This document shows, piece after piece, positions 8,540 to 17,335 of a DNA stretch of 45,284 nucleotides. The stretch's first letter is position 1. Each line of letters starts with the position of its first letter. Source of the DNA: Candidatus Micrarchaeota archaeon (GTDB taxonomy: Archaea; Micrarchaeota; Micrarchaeia; Burarchaeales; Fermentimicrarchaeaceae); assembly GCA_026396455.1 (NCBI GenBank), contig JAPLWT010000030.1, positions 1 to 45,284 on the forward strand, in the 5' to 3' direction. Position numbers and translations under genes: made by a program. The notes beneath the pieces are model-generated. The model made no database searches. It was not told the DNA's origin and saw only the letters and a list, made by a program, of their open reading frames with translations.

Positions 8540-9331
8540 TCATCCCTCGAAATCAGTAAGCCTCTTTCCCTCTTCTATCCTGACAACCATTCCATCTTTT
8601 GCCGCAATTGTCTCAACACCGCTTTCCTTCTGTATGAACCTTGCCTCTGCCTCAGGGCCTGCCCTCAGCATCCCCATTCCGAAATGCTGTATTATCGCTT
8701 TCTTTGGCTTTGCTTCTTTTAAAATTCTTATGCTCAGCTCGGAGTCCAGATGCCCGGGGTAGTGGCAGCCCGCAGGCTTGAGATTGTTCAGTATGAGGCA
8801 GTCGCAACCTGAGAAAATTTTCCCAAGCTCAGGTAGATAATCTGTGTCTCCGGTGTAGCCCAAAGTTTTTCCATCTGAAGTTATTTTGAAGCCAACTCCG
8901 CTTTCATCATCGTGCTTTGTGGGAGTAGCCTCGATTGAAACTCCTTTTACCGAGAGCTTGTCTCCGGGCTTTACGACAATCTTCTTCTCCGGGAGGTTCT
9001 GGTGGTAGGCGGAGACAACCCTGTCGAACCTCTCGTTTCCTTCAAGAGCAGAGCTGCTTCCTATAACTACTCCTCTCCTCCTCTTACCCCCGTTCGTCAT
9101 GGCCTCTATAATCAGGTTGCAGTCGTTTGAGTGGTCTATATGCGCATGCGTTACGGCAATAGCATCCAGCTTCTGCAAGTCCTGCTTCAGCTCAAGGCTG
9201 CGTATGAGCGCACCCGGGCCCGGGTCGAAGTAGATGTTGGCTTTGCCCTTAACTATGAAACCTCCGGTCGCCCTCAGCTGCTTTACTACAACGAACCTAG
9301 CACCGCCAGTTCCGCAGAATATTATTTCCAA
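8540..9331 (-). CDS. metallo-beta-lactamase fold hydrolase
   Basis: HAHIDHSND (HxHxDH) motif plus downstream His/Asp ligands in 263 aa. Confidence 0.8.
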   Translation of the reverse strand: MEIIFCGTGGARFVVVKQLRATGGFIVKGKANIYFDPGPGALIRSLELKQDLQKLDAIAVTHAHIDHSNDCNLIIEAMTNGGKRRRGVVIGSSSALEGNERFDRVVSAYHQNLPEKKIVVKPGDKLSVKGVSIEATPTKHDDESGVGFKITSDGKTLGYTGDTDYLPELGKIFSGCDCLILNNLKPAGCHYPGHLDSELSIRILKEAKPKKAIIQHFGMGMLRAGPEAEARFIQKESGVETIAAKDGMVVRIEEGKRLTDFEG

Positions 9332-9420
9332 ATAACCGCCTTACCTGCCCCAAAAGAATTCACTTAGTTTGTTGGGGAAAAGGCTTAATAAGATTATTCA
9401 ACCAATGGTATTTGAGGGTT

Positions 9421-10914
9421 ATGCCGGATATACGCAGTATTGACGATATAAACAAGAGGATAAGGAGTGGAGAGGTAGTTGTAGCCACTGCGCTTGAGAT
9501 GAAGGAGATAGTTGCCGAGAAAGGGGCTGAAAGGGCAGCCAAGGAGGTCGACGTTGTCACCACGGGAACATTCGGAATGACAACCAGCTCGGGAGCATTT
9601 CTTAACTTCGGCCATTCTGACCCGCAGATAAAGATGGGGGGAGGAGAAGTTCTGCTCAACGACGTCCCGGCATACGCAGGGCTGAGTTCTGTGGATACGT
9701 ACATAGGGGCGACGCAGTTATCAAAGGTACATAAGCTGGAGTATGGCGGGGCGCACGTGATAGAGGACCTTGTAAGCGGAAAATCGATAAATCTGAAAGC
9801 ATACGGTTCTGCCACCCAGTGCCATCCAATAAAAGAGATAGGGGGGGAGTTCACAATAGGCGACTTGAACCAGGCAATAATGGTAAACCCGAGGTCTTTC
9901 TACCAGAGGTATAACGCCGCAACGAACTCTTCTGATGCGCCAATATGCACCTATCTCGGGACACTGCTCCCAAATTTTGGAAATGTTTCGTACTTCTCTG
10001 CGGGCTCCATAAGCCCGCTGTACAACGACCCCACTTTTGAAACAATTGGGATTGGGACGAGGATATTTCTTGCAGGCGGCATAGGCTATGTGATCGGGGA
10101 GGGAACACTGCACAATCCAAAAGCTATGTGCGGCTCGCTGATGGTGAAGGGAGACCTAAAGAAAATGAAGCAGAGGTACCTGAGAGGGGCCACAATAGCC
10201 AACTACGGAACTACTCTTTTCATAGGTGCTGGGGTTCCGATACCCGTACTGAATTCCACGATAGCAAAGAACTGCGGAGTAAGAGATGACGATATAAAAG
10301 TGAATATTTATGATTACCACATCCCGACAAGAGTGAAGCCTCTCGTTAAGAAGACAACCTACAAGGAGCTCAGATCCGGCAAGGTGGTCATAGGTGACAG
10401 AACTGTGAAGGCTTCGGGGCTCTCAAGCATGAAGATGGCAGTCGAGGTAATAGAGAAGCTTAAAGGTATGATAGAGGAGGGCGAGTTCTTCCTAACGAAG
10501 CCTGTTGAGAGGATAACAATGGAGTCTATGATGAGACCGATGAAGCTCGTCTATGTAAAGGCATCTGACGTCATGTCTGCCCCGGTTACATGCAGCGCGG
10601 ATGACAGCCTGAAGGATGTTGAGAGGCTCATGCTGGAGAAGAAAACAGGTTATTTTGTTGTGATTGACAAGCAGAGGCATGTGCAGGGAGTCTTAACTTC
10701 GTGGGATATCGCAAAGTCGATAGTGACAAACGGGACAAAGGTGAAGGATGTGATGACCTCGCAGAACATAAAAACAAGCAGGAAGGATGAGCCGGTTGAG
10801 GTGAGCATGAGAAAGCTGGAACAATACAGATTGAGGGGGCTGCCGGTTGTGGACGATGAGGGGAAGGTGCTTGGAGTTGTGAGGATGCAGGACCTGAAAC
10901 ACAAGGTGAAATGA
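9421..10914 (+). CDS. COG1900/DUF39 homocysteine-biosynthesis sulfur-incorporation enzyme with C-terminal CBS pair
   Basis: About 380-aa DUF39-like body followed by two CBS units (VQGVLTSWDIAKSI; VLGVVRMQDL). It is coupled by an ATGA overlap to a NIL-ferredoxin gene. I chose the ATG at 9421 (GAGGG SD); the track starts at TTG 9412. Confidence 0.8.
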   Translation: MPDIRSIDDINKRIRSGEVVVATALEMKEIVAEKGAERAAKEVDVVTTGTFGMTTSSGAFLNFGHSDPQIKMGGGEVLLNDVPAYAGLSSVDTYIGATQLSKVHKLEYGGAHVIEDLVSGKSINLKAYGSATQCHPIKEIGGEFTIGDLNQAIMVNPRSFYQRYNAATNSSDAPICTYLGTLLPNFGNVSYFSAGSISPLYNDPTFETIGIGTRIFLAGGIGYVIGEGTLHNPKAMCGSLMVKGDLKKMKQRYLRGATIANYGTTLFIGAGVPIPVLNSTIAKNCGVRDDDIKVNIYDYHIPTRVKPLVKKTTYKELRSGKVVIGDRTVKASGLSSMKMAVEVIEKLKGMIEEGEFFLTKPVERITMESMMRPMKLVYVKASDVMSAPVTCSADDSLKDVERLMLEKKTGYFVVIDKQRHVQGVLTSWDIAKSIVTNGTKVKDVMTSQNIKTSRKDEPVEVSMRKLEQYRLRGLPVVDDEGKVLGVVRMQDLKHKVK

Positions 10915-11315
10915 TGAGCAAAAGAGTGCTGGTATTCTTTCCTAGCAAGGAATACACGGAGTCCCTGGTACCCGAGATTGTTCTGAAGAGTGGGACTATT
11001 TTCAATACTATTAAAACTGAAGTCACACCGACACAAGTCAAGATTATGGGCGAAATAAAGGCGAACGAGGAGAAAGCACAGGAGTTCATCAGGATATTGA
11101 AGAGAAGGGGCGCAGTTGTGAAGGAGCTGGGGCTGATAATGAGGTTCGACCCGGACAAGTGCGTTGCCTGCGGAATGTGCGTCTCACTCTGCCCCACGGA
11201 TGCGATAACCTTCAATAAGGATTTCTCTGTCCGGTATGATTTTGATGAGTGCGTACTTTGCATGAACTGCGTTAAAAACTGCCCAGTGAAGGCTGTCAGC
11301 TATCTGGGTGACTAG
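10911..11315 (+). CDS. NIL-domain / 2x[4Fe-4S] ferredoxin partner of the COG1900 enzyme
   Basis: N-terminal NIL-like domain followed by CVACGMCVSLCP and CVLCMNCVKNCP clusters. 4-nt overlap with the upstream gene. Confidence 0.8.
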   Translation: MMSKRVLVFFPSKEYTESLVPEIVLKSGTIFNTIKTEVTPTQVKIMGEIKANEEKAQEFIRILKRRGAVVKELGLIMRFDPDKCVACGMCVSLCPTDAITFNKDFSVRYDFDECVLCMNCVKNCPVKAVSYLGD

Positions 11316-12038
11316 TTGATTGGGAGAAAGCTTGCGTTCAAGGAATCAAAGCTATTTCTGAAAATCGAAGGGGAGAAGTTTTTTGATATTGCGCATTCAT
11401 GCCTCCTGAAAAACAGGTCAGAACTGGAGGAGTATATCACGCTGCATCCATTCTTCCAGAGCACTCTGGAACCTTTTGATGTTGAGGGTGATTCGCCGAG
11501 AGTCGTGAGGCTGATGGCGCACGCGGCCAAGAGGACAGGGGTAGGTCCGATGGCGGCTGTTGCAGGCGCTCTTGCTGAGTTGATGCTAGAAGAGGTCGTG
11601 AAGAAAGGGTGCAGGTTTGCAATCATTGAAAATGGAGGAGATATTGCAATGAAGGTCGACAGAGCCGCGAAAGTAGCAGTATACGCGGGCTCCTCGCCTT
11701 TCTCGGGCAATATAGGCTTTGAGGTAATGCCCAAGGACACCCCTCTGGGTTTGTGCACCAGCTCCGGGACCGTGGGGCATTCGATATCATTTGGAAAAGC
11801 GGACGCGGCAGTTGCATTTGCAGACGGGGCGGCTCTTGCGGATGCTGCTGCAACTGCAATAGGGAATGCTGTAAAAAGTGAGAGAAAACTGGGGGAAGCT
11901 ATTGAAGTCGCAAAGAGCCTGCCGGTAAGGGGGGCAGTTGTGATCAAGGGAAAGAGCATTGCAGCTTGGGGGAGAATCCCGAAAATAGTGAAAAGCAAGG
12001 GGCTGCCGAGATACTTTTATAAGGAGTTTTTTGAATAA
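11316..12038 (+). CDS. UPF0280 / COG2122 ApbE-superfamily protein
   Basis: 240 aa. Family-level resemblance (GPMAAVAGALAE, ENGGDIA, CTSSGTVGHSISFG). TTG start follows GGTGA. Directly abuts the ferredoxin gene. Confidence 0.65.
   Translation: MIGRKLAFKESKLFLKIEGEKFFDIAHSCLLKNRSELEEYITLHPFFQSTLEPFDVEGDSPRVVRLMAHAAKRTGVGPMAAVAGALAELMLEEVVKKGCRFAIIENGGDIAMKVDRAAKVAVYAGSSPFSGNIGFEVMPKDTPLGLCTSSGTVGHSISFGKADAAVAFADGAALADAAATAIGNAVKSERKLGEAIEVAKSLPVRGAVVIKGKSIAAWGRIPKIVKSKGLPRYFYKEFFE
12015..12022 (+). promoter_or_regulatory. candidate TATA box for tRNA-His, embedded in the 3' end of the upstream CDS
   Basis: TTTTATAA lies about 35 nt upstream of G-1 of the tRNA, which implies a short leader. Confidence 0.35.
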
Positions 12039-12054
12039 TATACCCTACACGCAT

Positions 12055-12126
12055 GGCCGCGGTAGTCTAATGGCATGACGGCGGGCTGTGGACCCGCAGG
12101 AGGGGGTCCGATTCTCCCCCGCGGCC
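12055..12126 (+). tRNA. tRNA-His (anticodon GUG) with encoded G-1 and C73
   Basis: Hand fold: G-1, acceptor GCCGCGG/CCGCGGC, U8, anticodon arm GCGGG-CUGUGGA-CCCGC, 4-nt variable loop, T arm GGGGG-UCCGAUU-CUCCC. No encoded CCA. Confidence 0.85.
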
Positions 12127-12218
12127 CTGATATTTAAAATCAAGAATAAGCAAGCTAGTATGTAAAAATTAACGTAAAATCTTATAAAAAGAGTTAGTGT
12201 AATATATGTGGTGTTTTT

Positions 12219-12548
12219 TTGGAGAGAGAAAGGTTCAGCAAGGAGGATCTTGATTATATAAAGAAGTGGTCAGCTATTTTTGCGCAGAAATGGACGGTCG
12301 GTATTGTGGCAGCTCTCCCACAAAACGGAAACGAGGGCATAGGGTTCAATGAGCTTATGAAGCAACTGGATGGAATAAGCGCCGCAGTCCTCTCTAACAG
12401 GCTTAAGGCATTGCAGAAGCTGGGCTATGTTGAACGCAAGGTTCGTATCGGTCCACCAACAAGAACTAGGTACACGCTTGTAGGGAACGGGAAGATTCTA
12501 ATAGAAATCGCTAATTCTATCTTGGATAGGAGAGATAGTAAGCAATGA
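12219..12548 (+). CDS. HxlR-type winged-helix transcriptional regulator
   Basis: KWTVGIV..GFNELMKQLDGISAAVLSNRLKALQKLGYVERK matches the HxlR/MarR-like wHTH pattern. TTG start follows GTGGTG and there is no in-frame ATG near the N-terminus. Confidence 0.7.
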   Translation: MERERFSKEDLDYIKKWSAIFAQKWTVGIVAALPQNGNEGIGFNELMKQLDGISAAVLSNRLKALQKLGYVERKVRIGPPTRTRYTLVGNGKILIEIANSILDRRDSKQ

Positions 12549-12567
12549 CTGATGAAGCTGTATTGGA

Positions 12568-14463
12568 TTACTTAAGTCTTATTGCATCAAGGTTCATCGG
12601 TGCGCGCGTCTCTACCCTCATCATCTTGTTTATCGACTTTGCGAGGTCATCGCACTTGCTCTCATCACCGTGAAGCGTGAATATCCTCTCAGGGCTCGGC
12701 CTGAGGTTCCTGACGAAGTTTATGAGCTGGTGCCTGTCGCTGTGCCCTGAGAAACCATCCACCGTGTCAACGCTCATGTTCACCTTTACGGTCTCAAGAG
12801 TCCCGCTCTCCCCCATGAGTGGTATCTCCTTCATACCGTTTTGTATTTTCCTTCCAAGCGAGAGAGCGCTCTGGTATCCTACAAATATGAGCAGGTTTTT
12901 CGGGTCATCTGCCATCATCTTGAAGTAGTCCACCACAGGCCCTCCGCTCATCATTCCCGAGGGTGCAAGAATCACGCAGGGATCGCCCTCAACTACCTCC
13001 TTCCTGTTGTTTTTGACAGACTCGAATATCTTTGATTCGAACGGGCTCTTGTTTGAGAGCACCCTCCTCTGCACGTTCTGCCTCAGATATTCAGGATAGG
13101 CGGTGTGTATTGCTGATGCTTCCAGTATCATCCCATCTATGTATATGGGGCATTCGAAAGACGAGCCCATAGCCTGCGCATACTCTTCCATGACAAGCAT
13201 TATCTCCTGTGACCTGCCCACTGAGAAGACGGGTATCAGCACCTTTCCCTTGTTCTGTATAGTTTGGTGTATGAGCTCGTTGAGCCTCTTCTCCGCCTCC
13301 TGCCTCGGGGGCATCAGGTCATCCCTTCCCCCGTAGGTGCTTTCCATGAATAGCGTCTCTATCCTTGGGAAGGTGGTTGTGGCTTGGTCGAAGAGCCTTG
13401 TGAAACCGTATTTTATGTCTCCAGTGAAGATAAGGTTGTGCAACCCATCCCCTATGTGAAGGTGCACCATTGAGCTGCCCAGTATGTGCCCGGCATTGTG
13501 GAAGGTGAGCTTTATCTCAGGAGTTATATCTGTGACCTCCTCGTACTCCCTTGCAACGCACATGTTTAGTATCTTCCTTACGTCCTTCTCAGCATAGGGC
13601 GCAGTCATCCCATTCTTCTGTAGGACATTGACGTAATCAAACTGCAGCATCACCATGAGGTCCCTCGTTGGCGGGGTGCAGTAGATCGGCCCATCGTAAC
13701 CGTAAGCCACAAGGTAGGGCACAAAGCCCGAGTGGTCCAAGTGGGCATGAGTCACTATAACTGCGTCAAGCTCATCAAGGGCAAGATTCATCGCATTGAG
13801 GTAGGGATATGCCCTGCTAGCCTCTGTGGTCTCGGGGTTTACTCCGCAGTCAAGCAGTATTTTGTCATTGGAAGTCTGCAGAAGCAGGCAGGTCCTGCCA
13901 ACCTCTTTGAAACCCCCCAGGGCGGTAACCTTCACCCAGTCGCTCTTCTGGGGCTGGGCTGAGATCTTCTTTCCAAGCCCGGTGAGGAACTTCTTCCTGA
14001 AGTCGGACTCCTTGAAGAGGGATGATCGTATCCCCTTTATCGTATCTGACGGCATGGTTGGCGTTCTGAGTATCTTGGGAGCCCACCCGGTCTGGAGTAT
14101 TATTGCCTTCAGGGTGGAGCCTCCTTTCCCTATAACAAGACCGGGCTTCAAGGAATCTATTATCACTTCATTGAAGTCTGGGCAGAACTTTATATCCGTC
14201 ACGCCAGCCTCTTGGGGTATTATTTCCTGTATCTTTTTCAGCGCAACATCCGGAGGTGCCAGGCACGAGGTATCGCTCCTGACCAGAACCCTCTTTCTCA
14301 AAGCTCCGGCTATTTTCTTTATTAGGTTGGGGTCTGAGTAGAAAGCCTCTATATTGTTCAGGTATATAGCTATGTCGGGCCCCTCGTACTCCATCTTTGT
14401 GATAGTGCAGCCGCTAGGTAATATGGGCTCTAACTTCTTCTGCATATCGTTGCTATTGTTCAA
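12568..14463 (-). CDS. aCPSF1-type KH / metallo-beta-lactamase / beta-CASP ribonuclease
   Basis: N-terminal KH (GLVIGKGGSTLKAI), HAHLDHSG motif and beta-CASP body in about 630 aa. The start is either TTG 14463 or ATG 14445. Confidence 0.9.
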   Translation of the reverse strand: MNNSNDMQKKLEPILPSGCTITKMEYEGPDIAIYLNNIEAFYSDPNLIKKIAGALRKRVLVRSDTSCLAPPDVALKKIQEIIPQEAGVTDIKFCPDFNEVIIDSLKPGLVIGKGGSTLKAIILQTGWAPKILRTPTMPSDTIKGIRSSLFKESDFRKKFLTGLGKKISAQPQKSDWVKVTALGGFKEVGRTCLLLQTSNDKILLDCGVNPETTEASRAYPYLNAMNLALDELDAVIVTHAHLDHSGFVPYLVAYGYDGPIYCTPPTRDLMVMLQFDYVNVLQKNGMTAPYAEKDVRKILNMCVAREYEEVTDITPEIKLTFHNAGHILGSSMVHLHIGDGLHNLIFTGDIKYGFTRLFDQATTTFPRIETLFMESTYGGRDDLMPPRQEAEKRLNELIHQTIQNKGKVLIPVFSVGRSQEIMLVMEEYAQAMGSSFECPIYIDGMILEASAIHTAYPEYLRQNVQRRVLSNKSPFESKIFESVKNNRKEVVEGDPCVILAPSGMMSGGPVVDYFKMMADDPKNLLIFVGYQSALSLGRKIQNGMKEIPLMGESGTLETVKVNMSVDTVDGFSGHSDRHQLINFVRNLRPSPERIFTLHGDESKCDDLAKSINKMMRVETRAPMNLDAIRLK

Positions 14464-14523
14464 AAAAAACCGCCTTAATCTTCTTAGCTATTGAAAGACA
14501 GAAATATCGATAATTCAAATGAA

Positions 14524-15153
14524 TCACTCATGCTTCGCTTCCAGAAGCTTCTTTACAGTCTCTTTGTCGTACCTCTTGAACTCATCGGAAGTTATGGTAA
14601 CAAGGTCTATTCCATCTCCAGTCCCTGCATCCCTCTTCATGGCAACCGCAAGCGCCCTCAAAGCTATCTTTAGATTGTCTTTTATTGGCTTATCCTCCTT
14701 GAAGCTGTCCTCCATCAGCCCGTAGGCCACAGGGGAACCGCTGCCGGTTGAAACGAACTTCTCCTCAGTCACTCCCCCGACTGGGTCAAGGTTGAAGATG
14801 CGTGGTTTGTCGTCAAAACCGCCCACTAGAATCTGAACAAGGAATGGGGCGAACTTGTACTGCGAGAGTATGTTTGACAGAAGAGTAGTTGCGGCAGTAA
14901 CGCTCATGGACTTCCCATAGTTCATCTTGTAGAGCTGGGCCTCGAACTTCAGGTATCTGACCAGGCTCTGGGCATCTCCCACGCCGCCGGCAACTGTAAC
15001 GCCAAGCACGTCATCTATCTGAAATATCTTGTCCACTTCCCGGTTTGCTATGAAGTAGCCCATCGTGGCTCTCTTGTCGGAAGCCAGGATTATTCCATCG
15101 CTACAGACTAAACCCACTGTTGTTGTTCCTTTCAATGTTTTAGCTTCTTCCAT
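14524..15153 (-). CDS. psmB: proteasome subunit beta
   Basis: Propeptide MEEAKTLKG followed by catalytic TTTVGL, then SDKRAT. ATG at 15153 follows AGGTG; the track's GTG at 15162 lies inside that SD. Confidence 0.93.
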   Translation of the reverse strand: MEEAKTLKGTTTVGLVCSDGIILASDKRATMGYFIANREVDKIFQIDDVLGVTVAGGVGDAQSLVRYLKFEAQLYKMNYGKSMSVTAATTLLSNILSQYKFAPFLVQILVGGFDDKPRIFNLDPVGGVTEEKFVSTGSGSPVAYGLMEDSFKEDKPIKDNLKIALRALAVAMKRDAGTGDGIDLVTITSDEFKRYDKETVKKLLEAKHE

Positions 15154-15206
15154 TATACACACCTAATGGTCGCAGAAAAAGCAATACTATTACTGCATAC
15201 ATATTT

Positions 15207-15902
15207 TTAAGCCTTATGCTCCTTCTCCTCCAAGGAGTACTCCTCGGTTATGTTGAGCTTCTTTATGCCGCCAAGCAGGTCATGCAGCGAGTTGGCGAAA
15301 GTCGATTTGTTGATTAGGAAATCCACATCCTTATTCACTGACGCGGAGAATGTTATGTTGAGCACCCCTTCCTCAAGCTTTAAGCTGTCTGCCTTGAGGT
15401 TGAAGGTGTCAAGAATTGCCCCTATCTTGGAGTTGTCATCCGCCAGCTTCTCCTCAACCTTCAGGTCGTATATCAGCTTCTCTCCTGCAAGCGGGTGGTT
15501 GAGGTCAACCATCACTCTTCCACCGCTGACGCTCTTCACAGTCCCCTTCGTGCCATCCAAGTCCAGCACAAGCCCGGGGAATGGGTCTATATCCCTCTTC
15601 CTGAACTCTGAGAGAGGGAGTATCCTGACGAGGTTCGGGTTCCTGTTGCCAAAAGCATCCTCAGGTGAAAGTTCGATTGATTTCTGCTCCCCCACGCTCA
15701 TGTCGCGCAGGGACGCATCAAGGCCCTTTACGAGATAGCCCTTGCCGATTACGATGAGGGCTGGGACGTATTTCCTCTTTTCATCGAATATGCCAGCCTC
15801 CTTAGCTTTGTCCCCGAAAGTGGTGTCGAATACCTTTCCGGTCACAGCGCTTCTGCTAGTGTAGCTCACCTTTACGAAATCGCCATCCTTGAGTTTCTCC
15901 AT
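15207..15902 (-). CDS. FKBP-type peptidyl-prolyl cis-trans isomerase (long archaeal SlyD-like type)
   Basis: GDFVKVSYT..GKVFDTT, GLDASLRDMSVGE and NHPLAGEKLIYDLKV motifs, plus a C-terminal extension. Confidence 0.85.
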   Translation of the reverse strand: MEKLKDGDFVKVSYTSRSAVTGKVFDTTFGDKAKEAGIFDEKRKYVPALIVIGKGYLVKGLDASLRDMSVGEQKSIELSPEDAFGNRNPNLVRILPLSEFRKRDIDPFPGLVLDLDGTKGTVKSVSGGRVMVDLNHPLAGEKLIYDLKVEEKLADDNSKIGAILDTFNLKADSLKLEEGVLNITFSASVNKDVDFLINKSTFANSLHDLLGGIKKLNITEEYSLEEKEHKA

Positions 15903-15949
15903 ACGAAAACCTCCACTAATTTAATATTTTGCTGTTTAAATCCTTATTT

Positions 15950-17143
15950 ATGGAGAGGGACACTTTAATAAAAGTATTTACGCTGGTGCTCGTAGCGGCT
16001 TTCATGCTCGAGTTGTTCAGCATGCGCTCGTCAGTTACGAATACCACATCCTTGAACAGTACAACGCCGAGCCAGGAGCCTTCCCTGTATGGGACAGGCC
16101 AGACATCGGCAACCCTCCTATCCTACAAGGAGTATCTGAATGTCTTCAAAGCTGGGAGGGATCTGACGATTAACTCCTCATTAGGAGAGATCAGGGATAT
16201 AGACGGGGTTGGCTACCTTAACAGACAGGGCGGGGCGTTAATTGTCGTCCTCGACCAGAGCGCTAACGTGCCTCTTATAGCCAGTGAGATAGAGCAGATG
16301 TTCCCGGACCTCAACGTAACCGCAGTCGGACAGTTCGAACTGCCACCAACTGTTGAATTCACAACTTCGGAGGGCAAGAGGAATGTCAGCATGAACGCAG
16401 TAATAGAACTTGAGATAGAACCCAATATTCTTCCGAGTGACAATGTCACCCTGTCGCTCATAGGGCTTGTGTCCGGGGATAACCTTGCTGGAAGTCCTGT
16501 GGCAAAGGTGATACCAACACAGGGGGAGGCCCTTGCGAATGCCACCATAAAAGAAGCAACTTATGATTATGGGGCAGTTGCCATAATTCCCTGGGGGAGC
16601 AGGAATTTGAATGCAAGCAGGATAAGGGAGGCCCTCTCAAATGAGGTTTGGAATCTTAGCATGAATTACAGCCCCAGGTCTTTCGTTTTGGTGAATGGCC
16701 TTGACTCAGCAAGTGATGAAATCGTGAAGAAGGTTGAGAACCTGAGCTATGTTACGGGTGTGTTCAGCACTGAGGTTGATTTGAGAGACGAGATGAATGA
16801 CTCCGAAAAGCTTGGAAGCGATATAAAAGGAATTCTTGGAGACAACACCACCATTGACTACCCAAGCTCTGTGATAGAGATGACATTCCACTCCGAAAAT
16901 CTTAGCAAGGATGGGCTGTTCAAGAGTATTGGTTGGACTCCGGTGGTATACAGGAGGATGTCTATTGAGGTTAGCGGAAAGCTGAACATATCTGGAGTGG
17001 AGTATGACGTGCCCAGCAATACTACTTTTGACGAGATGCTTGTTGATTCCTATTCTGTCGGGCAGCAAATTGGCGTGTGGCTCGATACGGGGACAATAGG
17101 CAGAAGGATTGTGAATTTGAAGCTTGATAGAATCGCGCAATAG
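15950..17143 (+). CDS. membrane-anchored, N-glycosylation-sequon-rich surface protein (hypothetical)
   Basis: N-terminal hydrophobic helix (IKVFTLVLVAAFMLELF) followed by about 16 N-x-S/T sequons by my count. ATG at 15950 follows a TTTAAAT box; the track starts at TTG 15929. Confidence 0.6.
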   Translation: MERDTLIKVFTLVLVAAFMLELFSMRSSVTNTTSLNSTTPSQEPSLYGTGQTSATLLSYKEYLNVFKAGRDLTINSSLGEIRDIDGVGYLNRQGGALIVVLDQSANVPLIASEIEQMFPDLNVTAVGQFELPPTVEFTTSEGKRNVSMNAVIELEIEPNILPSDNVTLSLIGLVSGDNLAGSPVAKVIPTQGEALANATIKEATYDYGAVAIIPWGSRNLNASRIREALSNEVWNLSMNYSPRSFVLVNGLDSASDEIVKKVENLSYVTGVFSTEVDLRDEMNDSEKLGSDIKGILGDNTTIDYPSSVIEMTFHSENLSKDGLFKSIGWTPVVYRRMSIEVSGKLNISGVEYDVPSNTTFDEMLVDSYSVGQQIGVWLDTGTIGRRIVNLKLDRIAQ

Positions 17144-17335
17144 GACACTCGCAATCCTCTTAGATATTGCCTGCGACGCATTCCTTTTAATATAAGGGAT
17201 GAGCAGTATTAACTGGCAATGACGATACCGTCCCAGAGGGATACAATATGACCGACGGAGTAGCTTCGGAGCCAATCTCGAATACTGCACAAACAATAAA
17301 TACCTAGCTTGCGTCTTACCTATTGCGCGATAAGC

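Noticed and set aside
11312-11998. Long antisense ORFs opposite confidently identified genes. Examples: 11312-11998, 31998-32792, 33999-34718, 2851-3444, 10628-11263, 16706-17296, 21646-22176 and 18744-19280.
   Set aside because: Their translations are low-complexity (rich in S, P, A, L and C) with no motifs. They lack SD sequences, and each fully overlaps a gene with clear family signatures. This is the usual shadow-ORF effect of codon bias.
17144-17335. A possible C/D-box sRNA or other ncRNA in the 192-nt gap (GGATGAGC and AATGACGA C-box-like strings, small hairpins).
   Set aside because: There is no canonical RUGAUGA/CUGA box pair with terminal stem. The hairpins are short (4-5 bp), and the only ORFs are 7-19 codons. 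The evidence is insufficient.
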